From: Azolla caroliniana
Lineage: Eukaryota > Plantae > Polypodiophyta
DNA: 64,000 nucleotides
NCBI GenBank assembly: GCA_043228905.1
Contig: JBHGNT010000013.1
Coordinates: forward strand, 1,426,001-1,490,000
Direction of reading: 5' to 3'
Made by a program: the position numbers and the translations under genes. Below the pieces are notes generated by a model that did no database searches, was not told the origin of the DNA, and worked only from the letters and a program-made list of their open reading frames with translations. Shown here piece after piece: positions 51,901 to 63,600 of this stretch; the stretch's first letter is position 1; each line of letters opens with the position of its first letter.

Positions 51901-54882
51901 CGACGAGAAGCGTCAAAAGCTTGACCCGAAGTCAGAGAAATGTATCCTCGTAGGATACTCACTGGAGCAAAAGGGGTACAAGTGCTACAACCCCTCAACT
52001 CGAAAATCTCGAGTAAGTCGAGATGTCGTGTTTGATGAGTACGCATCCTGGTACGCACCAGAGACAACTCCGACTCCGACTCCGCTCGACCCGGACTCCG
52101 TCGAACAAGAGATAGAGGATGAAGATCGCCTTACGCGCATGTTCAAAGAAAGTCCGATCACGACCCGACTGAGCGAACCACAAGAGCCTTTCAGCAATCA
52201 AAGCACATCACGACCTAGCCCGAAGATGGACAAAGGCAAGGCGAAAATGTTGGAATAGTACGAAGACGATCGCTTCGACGACAATGAGTCGACTCACTCA
52301 CTCGACAGTGAGTTCGGCGGCTTCGACGTACCAATCGGAGCTAAGAAAGCCCTCATCTCTACAAATGAGAAGCTCCGGCGATCCACCCGTGAAAGGAACC
52401 CCGTAAGCCGATTTGGCTACAACGATTATATGGCATACCATTACGCCTTTATGATGAAAGCAACAACAATACGGGAGCCGGAAACATTTTCCGAAGCAAC
52501 CAAGGATCCGCGATGGATCGACGCAATGAACGAGGAGATGCAAGCACTACACAAGAACGAGACGTGGGATCTCATTCCCATCTCACCACACAAAAAGTCG
52601 ATCGGATGCAGATGGATTTACAAAGTGACATACAACGCCGACGGCTCCGTCAACCACTACAAAGCGCGACTCGTAGTGAAAGGCTACACCCAAACGCACG
52701 GAGTTGACTACGACAAGACATTTGCCCCAGTGGCAAAGATGACGACGGTACGGACCGTAATTGCGCTTGCCGCGGCGAAAGGGTGGCACCTCCATGAAAT
52801 GGACGTCAAGAACGCCTTTCTACAAGGCGAATTAGAAGAGGAGGTGTACATGATACAACCACCCGGCTTTGAATCGCGCATTCATCCAAAAGCCGTATGC
52901 CAACTCAAGAAGCCACTCTACGGCCTCAAGCAAGCACCGCGTGCTTGGCATTCGAAGATAACGCAATATCTTCATCAAATAGGCTTCCGTATGTCAAAAT
53001 CAAACAACTCCCTCTACATACGAAGCGATTCCGCCAGTCCAATCATCATCATCTTATATGTGGATGACCTAGTCATTGGAGGTGAGCATCTCATCGAACT
53101 TAATAAGGTCAAATCCCTCCTTTCTGACAAGTTCAAGATGACGGACATGAAGGAGCTCCACTACTTCCTCGGCATCGAGGTAATTCGGACTCTAGTCAGA
53201 ATCATGATCTCTCAACGGCACTACATCCTCAACTTGTTATACAAGTTCGGGATGGCTGAGTGCAAATCTGCGGCAACCCCGCTCGATCGCAAACTCAAAC
53301 TAGATGAGAACTCCGGCACCAAAGTGTGTGAGCCGACGTAGTATCGGCAACTCATTGGGAGTCTCATCTACCTCACGATCACACGACCCGATCTCAGTTA
53401 TCCGGTCGGTCTCCTTAGCCAATTCATGCAAACACCGCGTGATACTCACTTGTATTGCGTTAAGCGAGTTCTACGATACGTGAGCGGTACAATGGATTGC
53501 GGCATCCTCTACAAGACCGCAATGCCAATACGACTCGAGGGGTACAGAGACGCCGATTGGGCCGGCTACAAAGCCGATAGAAGATCAACCTCCGGATTTG
53601 TTTTCTCCCTCGGCAACGGAGCAATATCCTAGAGCCACAAAAAGCAACCAACCGTCGCTCTTTCGAGTTCGGAGGTGGAATACAGGGGCGCAACTGTAGC
53701 TGCGTGTGAAGCTGTATGGCTCAAGAGGATTTTGAAGGATCTGGGCATACCCATCAAGGATCCGACTTCCCTTTACTTCAACAACATGAGCAGTATCTAT
53801 CTGGCTCGGAACCCGGTGTTCCACGCGCGGACAAAGCACATCGAAATGCACTATCACTTCATCCGAGAGTGCGTTCTAGCTGGCGATGTCGACCTACAAC
53901 ATATTAGCACCAATCTTCAAACGGCTGACATCTTCACTAAAGCTTTAGGAGCCAACAAGTTGTGGCAATTCATGACCAATCTCGGATTGACAATCCCTGA
54001 CCTGCCAAGCTTGAGGGAGAGCACTGAAGACATTACGCAATAACGCTTGGATTTCGCAAGCCACGCACACTACACAAGAACGCGTGGATTATGCAACCAC
54101 GCAATGAACCCGCGGAGACCCAATCTACCACGCAAAGCCGCGAAGAAAAACAAAAGCCGAAGCACAGACTTTGCAACTACGCACAACGCAAGCTGGAGCA
54201 CGGATTCCGCAACTCTGCATAAAGCGAGTCGTTGCGAGTCGAAGCGGACTTCGGAACACGAGTTGAAACAGATTTCAGATACTATCAGAAACCGACCCGA
54301 CTTGAGCTTGAGGGGGCGTGTTGAGAATCAAGCTCAACTTGGTCTAGTGTGTGAACTCACCTTGAGAGTGAATAGACACTCCAACGATCAAGAGTCACCA
54401 TTAAGTCACCACTTTGTATTCTAGCATTTAGTATGAGTCATAGAATCATATTTTATGACACATAACATATGAGCTTTCACATTCCCCATGCTCCATGAGT
54501 CTTGTAGTTAATGAAGAGAGAGGGTGACTATATAAAGCACCCTCCTCCCACCTTGTATCACGTTGTATCACAATTCCAAGTGAACTCAATGGGTTGACGA
54601 TTGAGGGGGCGTGTTACATATAATCAATGATCAAGAACCCTATATTTTATGCAAGTGCTAAACACATAGCGATTCAGTATCACTATGTGCGGGAACTAAT
54701 AAATTATGAGATTGTGGAGCTTGAGTACTGTCCGACATCAAAAACTGTTGTAGATATCTTCACAAAGGCCCTTGGAGCAGAACAACTAAAACAACACCTT
54801 CGACAACTAGGAGTTGGCCTAATTCCAAGTGAACTCAATGGGTTGACCATTGAGGGGGCGTGCTAGATATAATAAATGATCA
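48990..54882 (+). mobile_element. Old Copia RT/RNaseH fragment (48990-49254 and 54627-54882) hosting Copia H
   Basis: LVGSLIFL..PDICFAVG..HWKAALCVLKY on the left; KNPIFYASAKHIAIQYHY..DIFTKAL plus PPT TGAGGGGGCG on the right. Confidence 0.75.
49255..54565 (+). mobile_element. Ty1/Copia H (Bryco-like), near full length, 3' LTR truncated
   Basis: LTRs 49255-49640 and 54319-~54565; degenerate iMet PBS 49641-49652; PPT 54309-54318; gag ATG 49778 (MGSALPTEKLDRNNF), CGYCGKLGHHEEEC, WFVDSGASNHM, INT, RT (YVDD), RNase H to 54043 with several stops. Confidence 0.92.
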
Positions 54883-55436
54883 GCGGGTAAAAGCATGCGA
54901 GTGGAAACACTATTATAGCTAATTAGCTACTAAAATGGCCATAGTTAATTAGCTATTTGTTTAGCTAGTCTTTTTTGTGGGAAAATCAAATATTTGAAAA
55001 ACTAATTTATGAAAAAACTCAAATATTTGAACTTCTGTTTCAAACGTAGTGGAACTTGGGGAATATCACCATCATCTAAGGTCGACTTCAATGTCATCAA
55101 TTTTCTATTTAGCCTAAGTCTGATTTTGAACACAGATGGAGTACTTAGAGCACAAACGCAGACGTAGCTCCCGCAACAGCAGAAAATCGACATTGCAGAT
55201 TGAGAGCTACAACACAAAACCCACTCGATCATCGTCCAGGCATGTTTCAGTTACAGAAACCCCAAACATTTGTTTTTTCTTTTTCACTACTGTCTGAACT
55301 TTGGTGCCGATTCATATTTCCCCAAAATCGAATAGGGCGAAGTCCTTGGAGTCCCATACAAGGATGTCTCGCAAATCGGGGAGTAGCAACATGTGTGTTT
55401 ATATTACTTTTTTTGTGTTTAATCCTGTCTTTAGTG

Positions 55437-55980
55437 ATGATTAGGGTTTCTGATTGAAATTTCTGATTAGGGTTTTTGTTTATAAATTTCTGATTAGGGT
55501 TTGTGATTGAAATTTCTGATTAGGGTTTCTGATTGAAATTTCTGATTAGGATTTCTGATTGAAATTTCTGATTAGGGTTTTTGATTATACATTTTTGATT
55601 AGAATTTCTAAATAGGGTTTCTGGTTACAAATTTTGATTACAGATTAGAATTTTTGAATAGGGTTTTTGTTTATAAATTTCTGTTTAGGATTTCTGATTA
55701 GGGTTTGTGATTGAAATTTCTGATTAGGGCTTCTGATTGAAATTTCTGATTAGGGTTTTTGATTATAAATTTCTGATTAGAATTTTTGAATAAGGTTTCT
55801 GGTTACAAACTTCTGATTACAGATTTTGATTAGGGTTTCTGATTTCAAACTTCTGATTACAAATTTTGATTAGGGTTTCTGATTTCAAATTTCTGAATAC
55901 AAATTATGATTAGGGTTTCTGATTTGCTAAGTTAAAGATTTTGCACCATTTTTGTTGTTGTTGATTGGGGTTTCTGATTC
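55437..55980. repeat. Telomere-like tandem repeat (13-bp subunits TTTCTGATTAGGG / TTTCTGATTGAAA), upstream of acceptor 56030
   Basis: Repeated GATTAGGGTTT (telo-box AAACCCTAA on the minus strand) alternating with GATTGAAATTT/GATTACAAATT variants. Confidence 0.88.
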
Positions 55981-56030
55981 TCACATATTCTGATTTTGCA
56001 CTATTTCTGATTTCTGAAATGATATTTCAG

Positions 56031-59000
56031 ATGGCTCGTTCCTCCGTATACAAGAGTGCTCAACTTCGCAAAATTTTGCGAGACAAAGGAGGACTTCCAC
56101 AACACCTATGGTCTGTCACTCGAGGGTGTTGATCCTGTTGTCCTAAGTGATAAATTGATCAGTGATGTAGACTGGATGACAATATATACAGTGCCTAGAG
56201 TCAAAGGCAAGGTCAAGTTGAAGCATGTACGAGCCGACTTGTACGATGACTGCATGAGACTGCACTAGAAAGTTCATCAGGAGATCCCAGTCAACAATGA
56301 GTTGTCAGTTTCATTTGCTAGAGCATTTGCATATGAGTACTGCAAAACAACGAAGGAATCCAGGGACCCTGAAATGTATAGGGTAGCTTGGGCAGTTTAT
56401 GGTGAGGCATCGGTAAAAAGATGCCGAAAGATGGGGACCTTGGCACAAAAAATAGACAGATTTTGGAGCATGGCAGTTGTTGATGCAACTGCCGACTCCC
56501 AGCAAGACCGGGGGCATACACCACACCGACACCCAAGGAAAGCCAATGTCGATGATACAGGTGAGACATAGGTTAGCTATATGCAAAAGAATGTCCATGA
56601 AGCCTGTGAGACATTGGCATTTTTTAAGACTGATTTAGAGAAAGCCACAATGGCTTCTGCAATGGAGAGCAAAGTTACTTCCGCTGTTACAACGATTAGA
56701 AATAAGATTCAAGTAACTATTGTTTTGTTGGTATATGATTGTGTTATAAATAACTTTAAGGGTAAAATGTGCTAATCAAGCATTATCTGGAATAGGTTGC
56801 GCAACAGGAGCTTGAATTAGAGGGGCCACTGGACCCCCAGCGTAAAATACAACTGCAAATAGAGATCCAGGTTCTTTCAATGAACCTGGACCTTCTAGGT
56901 GTAAATACTATTGCAGATTACAATTTGGAAAAGCTTCAAGTAAGTTAACGATTCCTGACCAAAGTTGGTGTATCTTTCAACAATAGGAATAATTAATCTG
57001 TAAATTTCTCTGTTGCGTTGAAGGAACAATACATTCATCAAGAACAGGTAGTTAGCTGCCTTAAGAAGCAGCTACATTTTGTGAAGGGAATAGTAAGGAC
57101 CAGACAGGATTTGGACCTGAACATTCTTGCTCCCTTACCAAATGAAGTAGAACCAGAAAATGATTTATTGACAGTTCAAGCACGTTGCATCGCTTGTGGG
57201 TTAGGTGTGGAGGACAAAACTGTGTCTTTGTTGGTTCACCTACAGCCATGCAACCACACATACCATCTGCTTTGTTTTCAACATGCCTGTCGAATTGCTG
57301 CATTCTGTTTGGGAGATTGCAGTACAACTCTACCAAATGAGTGGAGAAAACTAACAGGTATACCATACTGTAGCTAATAATCTTAGTCTTTTCTAATTAG
57401 CTATCCTACTAGCTAATTAGCTACTGGCAGCTAATGAGCTACTAGCTAATTAGCTATCCTAGTAGCTAATTAGCTATGGTACTAGCTAATTAGCTACTGG
57501 CAGCTAATGAGCTACTAGCTAATTAGCTATCCTAGTAGCTAATTAGCTATGGTACTAGCTAATTAGCTAGTACCATAGTTGTGTAAAAAAGCTAATTAGC
57601 TATCCTACTAGCTAATTAGCTACTGGCAACTAATTAGCTATCCTAGTAGCTAATTAGCTATCCTACTAGCTAATTAGCTACTACCATAGTTGTGTAAAGT
57701 AGCTAATAAGCTATCCTAGTAGCTAATTAGCTATGGTACTAGCTAATTAGCTAGTACAATAGTTGTGTAAAAAAGCTAATTAGCTATCCTACTAGCTAAT
57801 TAGCTACTGGCAACTAATTATCTATCCTACTAGCTAATTAGCTATCCTAGTAACTAATTAGCTAATGGCAACTAATTAGCTATCCTACTAGCTAATTAGC
57901 TATCATAGTAGCTAATTAGCTATTGCCATAGTTGTCTAAAGTAGCTAATAAGCTATCCTAGTAGCTAATTAGCTACTGGCAGCTAATTAGCTATCCTAGT
58001 AGCTAATAAGCTATCCTAGCTACTACATAGTTGAGAAAGTAGCTAATTAGCTATCATTGTAGCTAATTAGCTATCCTACTAGCTAATTAGCTATCCTACT
58101 AGCTAATTAGCTATCATTGTAGATAATTAGCTATCCTAGTAGCTAATTAGCTATCCTAGCTACTACCATAGTTGAGTAAAGTAGCTAATTAGCTGTCCTA
58201 GCTACTACCATAGTTAGTAAAGTAGCTAATTAGCTATCCTAGCTACTACCATAGTTGATTAAAGTAGCTAATTAGCTATCCTAGCTACTACCATAGTTGA
58301 GTAATGTAGCTAATTAATTAGCTATCCTAGCTACTACCATAGTTGAGTAAAGTAGCTAATTAGCTACCATAGTAGCTAATTAGCTATCCTAGCTACTACC
58401 ATAGTTGAGTAAAGTAGCTAATTAGCTACCATAGTAGCTAATTAGCTATCCTAGCTACTACCATAGTTGAGTAAAGTAGCTAATTAGCTATTCTAATTAG
58501 CTATCATACTAGCTAATTAGCTATCGTACTAGCTAATTAGCTATCCTAGCTTCTACCATAGTTTAGTAAAGTAGCTAATTAGCTATCCTAAATAGCTTCC
58601 ATGTTATTGTAGAATCTTGTGGATTAAGTAAGAGTCCTGCTATCACATCTCCTTCAGATCAGCTCCACCCTATTCTTTTGGAACAGTGTACTGAATTAGG
58701 GAACGATGTGAAATGCCATGAAATAGTGGAAACAACATGTAAAACTGAGGTTCACAACAACTGTGCTTATGAACACTTGATGCAACATTTCTTCGAATCT
58801 CAAGACCTTGATTCCACCCCACCGAGCCCAACTACTGAAAATGTCCAAACAGATCCCTCTGTACTTGAAAAGCTAGTTCAAGAAACGGCTGATGTGCAAT
58901 TAGCTGCTGAGGCGATGGGAAGGTTGTCAGAGGAGGACACATTTGCGCATTGGGTGAAAGAAGCAAGGCTAAATGGGGAACCGACCAGAAAAAGGCTGAA

Positions 59001-59055
59001 GAAGGGGCCACGATCGGGAACAAGACTAGTTACTCGGTCAAGGGCCCAGACGTAG
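56031..59055 (+). pseudogene. Spliced cargo gene, part 1: unknown helical domain, coiled coil, RING-like finger
   Basis: Phase-consistent GT-AG exons 56031-56712, 56796-56939, 57024-57357 and 58613-59055; CIAC...PCNHTYHLLC...C..DC; TAG stops at 56266 and 56569. Confidence 0.7.
57371..58596. repeat. Palindromic AGCTAATTAGCT satellite filling intron 57358-58612
   Basis: Dozens of TAGCTAATTAGCTA cores at ~20-bp spacing with higher-order units. Confidence 0.95.
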
Positions 59056-59324
59056 TGGAGCGAAATACTGTTAAGTTGGATATGATTGTTAGCTTAGGGA
59101 TTTTGCTAGGGAATTTTGAAGTTTTACTATCCTGTTGGACAAGTAAAACCTCAGATTGGTTGTTGCTTGATCCACATTATGTAATGGAACTCTATGATGT
59201 TTTTCCAAGATAATATGAAGAGTGTTGTTCTATGACTGAAACTCTTTGATGTTCAGGATGTTGTTTTGTGAGACTGTTAGTTACTTTGTGAGTGTGAATA
59301 TGTTGGTGTTTTCTGATGTTGCAG

Positions 59325-60301
59325 AGTCTAAAGGGTTTGATTCCATTGCTCGTAAGGCCAATGGCAGTGTGGATACTGTTGATGTTGCGGCATGTTTAAA
59401 GGGGCCCATCTTGAAAGTAGATGTAGCAACTGACACAAGTGATCTGGTCACACAAGTTGATCAAGTATGTTGCACGAATGACTTGGTGTTGTAGGTAGAT
59501 GCAACATGTGATACCAGTGGATTGATATCGAGCAGATCAGTAGCTACATGCACCGAGGTAATCCAAGGATTGATAACTAAGTCAACAAAACAAGAGCACC
59601 AGAATGTGAAGCCAGGCCCAACACAATCGACTAGGGGTTTGAAGAGGAAAAGGATGCCAGTTGTGTCGGCCGAACCTGAGCTGATTGAGATTGATCGTAT
59701 CCTACCAGAAAATGGTGTAACAACGGCTCAGTTTCAGGAATGGAAACCTAAACCACTAGAAGTCGAAAGAAGAGCCTTGATCTTGGAGCTTGATAAAGTC
59801 TTGATGAGTGTGAGATATATGCAGCCAAGGAGGGACACGAATCAGTTTCTAGAGTGGGCTGTGCAATACTTTGATTTGTTTATTTGGAGTGAAAAACCAA
59901 AATCAGATGTGTGGAAGTGTTTGGCAAGATTCTTCCCAAAATGGCGAAGTCGTTTTAAAGGTCAATGGGCACGAGAAAATTGTGAGCAAATGGAAGCTGC
60001 AAGATTCAAGAGACTTTCTGATTTTTGGGCTACTTGGCCTGAATATAATGCCGACAATACATTGATTTTGGATACAGAACATTTCCGACACTACTTCAAT
60101 ATTCGGAGATGCTGTCTCATTCTACCCGAGGAAATGCCTGAACAGTACCTGGTGCAAACAGTGAGTTGCCAACTAGGTGCATGGTTGTGGACTCCATACC
60201 GAGCTCGATATGCGGACAATATATGTAGACTCGTTCCACTGACTAGCAAGAGCTTAGCTGTTTATAGGAGATTTGTAGACATTTCCAATGGTAATTTATA
60301 A
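59325..60301 (+). pseudogene. Cargo gene, part 2: FCP1/NIF (HAD-family CTD phosphatase-like) domain with degenerate active site
   Basis: ALILELDKVL...RRDTNQFLEWAVQYFDLFIWS...WARENC...KRL...NTLILD; acceptor at 59324; one TAG at 59492. Confidence 0.7.
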
Positions 60302-60649
60302 ATATGTAAAGAGATGACATTATTCAATGAAGAATTTAATTACTTGTTCCCAATGTACTTATCTACTGTGTAATTTGAGGAATATGTTGCAGATTGTTGA
60401 TTTCATGCTATTGATGACTATTTAGCTATTGACAGCTAATTAGCTGCATTTGTACAGCTAATTAGCTACTGATGACTATTTTGCTATAACTTATAACTTA
60501 AAACTTAACAAAAAAGACATTATTTTATTGAGAAAGAAGCACAGAAAGCAGACTGTATACAAGAAATTGATTCTCAAACGAATTTATTTAACTGTTTTCG
60601 CGAAATACATGTTTGTTTTACAAGAGAACATGGTAAGTGCTACTTGTAG

Positions 60650-63600
60650 CTACAAATTCCGTGGCATACTATTGTAAATACATTCACACATTAGCACCAA
60701 CAGTGTATAAACCTGAGCAGCTATTGTATTCTGACATTGGGACGTTGATGCACTTGACCAAATGAGAGTACATGTACGCCGCTGGTTTGTCTTCTAACAA
60801 CCTGTACACATATTCGTACTCATCTAGTTTTGCATAAAAAATGCCTTCGATGTAGAATACCCCGGCAGATACAAAATTTCCCCATGCATCTACAATATTC
60901 TGCCTTGCACACTGTTTACTAACCGTGCACTTTAATATATAGAAATCAGCACCCTCTGAATTGCCTTCTTCAGCATTTACAACGAAGTTATCCCCAACGT
61001 TCAGGACATCACTCAAAGTATCTCCAAGTCCCTCATATGTGAAGTCAGCATTCTGCCCTGTTTCTCCATCAACTGCTTCCTTATCATTCAGAGTGTGATA
61101 CTCCCAATTCTGAATGTATGCTTTGTTTAGACAATATCTCCAATTTCCCTGCACACAATGGAAGCAAAAACAAGTCAATTCTCTAACCGCAATACAATGA
61201 CCATCCAACCTGGAATAACCGCGAACAACATGCAGAGATCGCAATTCGGGAATTCCTTGGCACTGCCAAGTCTTCTCCCTATTTACTTCATCTATCTTCA
61301 CTTCCCAAAGTTCACGTTTGATATCTCGGACTTGCGAGGAATAAACACCTGTGGCACTTGTTGACATATTTGTTCTTAAAAATTCAACTACATGTGATGC
61401 ACAATTCATGTGCACACCATCTGTCTTTAGTTGTTCATGGGTAAGTGCCCGCTTTATAACAGCCCCTGCACCATCATGTTCACCTTTACCATGGCCAAAC
61501 CCAAAAAAAATCCATCTCATCTCCAAACCTGTTATGGCAGGATACCTCCCCACAAAATAAAATGGACGTCGAGCCTTGAATTGTGACGCAGTTCCGTCAG
61601 ACCAGACCCAATGTTGAGTAAGCTCCAAACGTTGAGCTAATAACCACTGCCAATGTAACTTAAAACAATGTTGGACGAACAAGGTATCATGCTTCTTATC
61701 ATCGGAAATAAAGAAATGAATTACTTTTTTAACATCACTTGAAACTCGAAAATATGTTATGTGCACAAAAATGGTTACCTGAACTGAACACCAATGCATA
61801 GATTGAATTTCATTTTGCTGCTAGAAAGTATAATTCTCTGCGAAATCTACTACTGAGACTACTACATCATTTGGGAAATCAGATATGCAAGTCTTAAACT
61901 GATGGGCCTGCCATGAATAAATGAAGTTGTGATTAATGAACTTTCCTAGAGATACTACAAACAGAGACACCAAATCCCTTGGTTTAAGCATCTTCCGAAC
62001 TAGATCCTTTCTTTTACACACCTTTCCTTTGAAATTGGTGTTCACTGACTCAAAGAACTTCACAACGATCAATATTTCACTACTCAATTCATTTGGACAC
62101 CACCTAAATCTAGTAGGGCCACAATCTTGACATAAACCCATGACACATTTATGAATATGGAAGATAACGTCAGTTTCTCTCGGACACAATATTGAATCTA
62201 ATAAATAACTCATGGAAGAGATAACGTGCTCAGATGATTTACACTCCTCTTGCGGGCTTGATCGACAGATTGGGCACCCACATGTGCAAACTGTATTAGT
62301 TAGGGATGCGCTATGGTGATGTAGTAGATTAACAGAGTCCTTCAGAAAACCCATCTGTACATGGTAAATGCAACAACATGTGTATCGATCCTTTAAGCGT
62401 CTCACAAAGTGTGGCTTAAGAGACTCGAATGTTCGTAGTTGAACTTTGATAGTTGGATGCATTCGTTTGAACCTAATAAATAAATCGACCTACGTAATAA
62501 AGGGGAATTAGTTATTCTCGTAACTAGCTAACTATCCTAGTAGCTAATTAGCTATTCTAGTAGCTAATTAGCTATCATGGTAGCTAATTAGCTGGTCTAG
62601 TAGCTAATTAGCTGGTCTAGTAGCTAATTAGCTTTCCTAGTAACTAATTAGCTATCATGGTAGCTAATTAGTTGGTCTAGTAGCTAATTAGCGGGTCTAG
62701 TAGCTAATTAGCTATCATGGTGGCTAATTAGTTGTCCTAGTAACTAATTAGCTATTAGGGTAGCTAATTAGCTGGTCTAGTAGCTAATTAGCTATCATGG
62801 TAGCTAATTAGCTGGTCTAGTAGCTAATTAGCTATACTGGTGGCTAATTAGCTATCCTAACTAATTAGCTATCATGGTAGCAAATTAGCTGGTCTAGTAG
62901 CTAATTAGCTATCACGGTGGCTAATTAGCTATCCTAGTAAGCTAATTAGCTGTCATGGTAGCTAATTAGCTTTCCTAGTAGCTAATTAGTTGGTAATAAC
63001 GAAATAGCTAACTAGCTACCATGATAGCTAACTAGCTACCAGTACAACTAATTATCTGGTAGTACCTAAATTAGCTATTGAGAATAGCTAATTAGCTATC
63101 ATGGTAGTAGCTATTGAGAGTAGCCAGTTACCTATGTAGTAGCTATCCTAGTAGCTAATTAGCTATCATGGTAGCTAATTAGCTTTCCTAGTAGCTAATT
63201 AGCTAGTAATAACGAAATAGGTAACTAGCTACCATGATAGCTAACTAGCTACCAGTACAGCTAATTATCTGTTAGTACCTAAATTAGCTATTGAGAATAG
63301 CTAATTAGCTATCATGGTAGTAGCTATTGAGAGTAGCCAGTTACCTATATAGTAGCTATCCTAGTAGCTAATTAGCTATGATGGTAGCTAATTAGCTTTC
63401 CTAGTAGCTAATTAGCTGGTAATAACGAAATAGCTAACTAGCTACCAGTACAGCTAATTATCTGGTAGTACTTAAATTAGCTATTGAGAATAGCTAATTA
63501 GCTATCATGGTAGTAGCTATTGAGAGTAGCCAGTAGTTACCTATGTAGTAGCTATCTTAGTAGCTAACTGAGGTAAATGTAACTGATAAGCTAATTAGCT

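Noticed and set aside
54908-54912. CACTA/EnSpm classification of the terminal element
   Set aside because: The pentamer is present, but the transposase has DFAENY/SDG/HGKG..DG motifs rather than CACTA Tnp2 motifs; kept only as an alternative boundary
55437-55980. True telomere or chromosome-fusion scar
   Set aside because: The unit is a 13/26-bp composite rather than tandem TTTAGGG, with no head-to-head junction
56031-56132. ATG at 56031 as start of the cargo gene
   Set aside because: That frame stops after 33 codons; the long frame is offset by one, so the exon more likely begins at a phase-2 acceptor with an unidentified upstream exon
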